DNA from: Marsupella aquatica
Taxonomy: Eukaryota > Plantae > Marchantiophyta
Direction of reading: 5' to 3'
Length of the DNA stretch: 64,000 nucleotides
Assembly: GCA_973895155.1 (NCBI GenBank)
Contig: OZ316898.1
Location: 1,525,927-1,589,926, forward strand
Positions 61,616-64,000 of the stretch are shown here, piece by piece; the first letter of the stretch is position 1; each line of letters starts with the position of its first letter. The position numbers and the translations under genes are program-made. A model generated the notes under the pieces. The model ran no database searches. It was given only the letters and a program-made list of their open reading frames with translations, and had not been told where the DNA came from.

Positions 61616-63659
61616 CTAAACTACGATAGGAAGATCCACCTTCTTAAAGCGGGATTCTGCATTGCTGTAGAAGTTTACCGGATTAGTAGGGACGCCCCAT
61701 AATGGCACGGTCTGCATTCTAAAGGAAACTTTGGGTTGAAAGATTGGACCACCAACTGAATCAACTTTTGAGTCTCTGTTCGCACTCCCTCCCAGTATGG
61801 AAAATCCAGCACGCACACCATGTTCTTGCGGAGGCTTTGAATAAAATTGCATCCCTCCAGTGGCCCAGTTTCTATTTGGGAGTACCTGCCTACTGCTCCC
61901 TTGCGGTAGTGAACTTTGTGATGCCAATGATACATGACTGTTACTGTCGTTGCTGGTCTCTCCTCCCCGAGAAAGATGACTTCCTCGATCACTATTCTCA
62001 TCCCTTTTGAACCGGGAGTTGGCACCTTGAGTGGCAGTCCTTAGTGAAGGTCCAGAGGCACCTTGAGTGAAAATTCTTGGTGCCGTTACAGTGCTTCGTG
62101 CATCCACCGTCCTCAAAGATATCAACGACCCAAAAGTAGGACTTTCTGATGTCTTCCTGGAGCTGATCCGATCTCCAGGCTGCCGTGGACACCTAGACAA
62201 TGGGGAGTTGGGAGAACGAGCTATATTGCGAATCAAATCAATTCTCGCAGAGGAACCACCCATTGTAAGGGCTAGATTGGGATCAGGAGAACGAGCTAAA
62301 CTGCGGATCAATTCAGCGCTCATGGGGGAGCCAATCATTGTAAAGGCCAGATTGGGTTCAAAAATAGGTGACTCGGGCCAGTCTTGTTCCTTGACATGCC
62401 TTGGCAAATTTCACTGGTTCTTGATCCTCACTGTCGCCATCACCGTGGCTCCAACCCCTCCTCGGTAACACAAAGCTGTTACTGGATGGCTCCGAATCAG
62501 ATGCAGAGCTAGTCCTTTCCCCAGAAGCATCCTCAGACTTGCTAAATGATACCCATTCGTTTGTGTCTTCACAAAGCTCATCCTTGGGAACAGCAGCTGG
62601 AGAGCTCTTTACCATCAGCTGACCGTTCTTCCTAATCTCATCCTTAGGAAGAGCAATTCGACGCACTCTCGGAGGGTTGCCACCAAAAAGGGGACTAGGA
62701 AGCTTTTTCTTAATTCTTCTCAGGCCCTCCACGACCTCAGCCATCGTGGGGCGCCTGTCTTTGGACTGCCTCACTGCACGGTAAGCGATGGCACCAAGCT
62801 GCTGCACAACCTCAACGTTTTGAGGAGGTTTGAGGGAGATATCACACACAGCAAGAGCGTTCCCCTGTTTGATGAGAGGCACGGCCCAGTCGATGAGGCT
62901 GGAAGGGTTGAACCTCACATCAATTGCTTTTCTCCCACTCATAATCTCCAGCAGAAGAATCCCAAAACTGAACACATCGGACTTGGAGCTCAGCTGAGAG
63001 GGGGTCTGATACTCGGGGTCTATATAGCCCATAGTCCCAGCTGGTGGATTCCCTTGCATGGTGATATCCTCCAGCTTGCCTCTGACTGCCAAACCCAAAT
63101 CCGAGAGTTTAGCATCCCAATTTCGGTCAACCAGAATATTGGAAGACTTCACGTCTCGGTGGATAATCGGAGGAGATGCGCAGTGGAGAGCTTCTATGGC
63201 TTTGGCAGCCTGCAAGGCCATATCCATCCTTGCGGACCAGCTCAATGGCGCGGTACCGGAGTGAAGGTTGTCAAAGAGAGTGCCATTCTGCATGAATTCC
63301 ACCACGAGGAGCTTCTCACGTGCCTCGTTGCAAAATCCAATCAAGTTCACCAAATGACGGTGGCGCACCTTGGACAAAATATCCAGCTCGTTGTCAAACG
63401 AGATGGCATCCTGGAGAGTCCTCCGACCCAGAGTCGGCCTTTTCACCGCCACCACCTCGCCATCATTCAGCACCGCCTTGTAGACAATCGAGTGGCTGCC
63501 TTTCCCCAATATTCTCTTCTGGGAGAAGTTGTTGGTCGCTCTTACTAGCTCTTGAAAATTGAACACTCTCAGCCTCCCAAGTTCCACTGCTCCTGACCAG
63601 TTCCGGCAACCCTCGCAGGTACTGACAGCTGAGGGAGTTCTACAATCAATCAAACCCAT
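61616..63659 (-). CDS. receptor-like cytoplasmic Ser/Thr kinase (At1g28390/At3g51990-like N-terminus) with long S/P/R-rich tail; 1-nt frameshift at ~62408
   Basis: MGLIDCRTPSAVSTC; GKGSHSIVY, VAVK, HRDVKSSN, DLG, GTMGYIDPEY, KSDVFSFG; no TM segment. ORFs 62358-63683 and 61616-62407 join into 680 aa if one base is removed at GTG AAA TTT G. Confidence 0.88.
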
Positions 63660-64000
63660 CGCGCCAACACCTGGATAGATCAATTGCCCTCCTTCCCCTC
63701 CCTTTCCTCATATGTTGAAATCTTCCATCCTACCACGATGCCGGCCATCCACTCCCACATCAAAGTAGGAAACCAATAGCAAGACTAGCAGTTTTTCAGC
63801 TACCCAAGTCTCACTGGTGAACCCGATGCTGTCAACCCAAATTCAACCCTGGGCGAGGGATGGATCCATTCTCGATCCACACCCACCAGAAAGAGCAGCT
63901 GGCGTGATCGCATGCAGGTTTCCCACCAGGCTCATGATCCCACAATTTAGTTCCAGAATGAATTCCATCAAGGAAATGTTCAACTTCAAACAAGCATTCA

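Noticed and set aside
62820-63548. 242-aa plus-strand ORF
   Set aside because: Antisense shadow of the kinase CDS

Overview
Land-plant nuclear DNA (GT-AG introns, EIN3, RLCK, Ty1/copia); a non-seed plant is a guess only. Left to right: a SAMHD1/VEN4-like HD-domain pseudogene (330-2113); a young full-length Ty1/copia element (4623-11588) whose gag is split by a 296-bp TIR element; a ~12-kb nested inverted duplication (~11.75-23.6 kb) carrying two dead 5' copies of TRAPPC2L plus unidentified exons, bracketed by inward-facing LTRs; the intact TRAPPC2L gene (27150-28920); two duplicated blocks (31-42.6 kb) holding three copies of an unrecognised small secreted-peptide gene (signal peptide, X-Pro/X-Ala dipeptide-repeat region, Cys-rich tail); a tRNA-derived element; an EIN3/EIL pseudogene; intronless CWC15; a 25-bp minisatellite; JMJ30/JMJD5; and a receptor-like cytoplasmic kinase whose long tail is out of frame by one base. 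The best candidates for new biology are the peptide-precursor family and the LTR-bracketed TRAPPC2L palindrome. All alignments were made by eye and identities are approximate.
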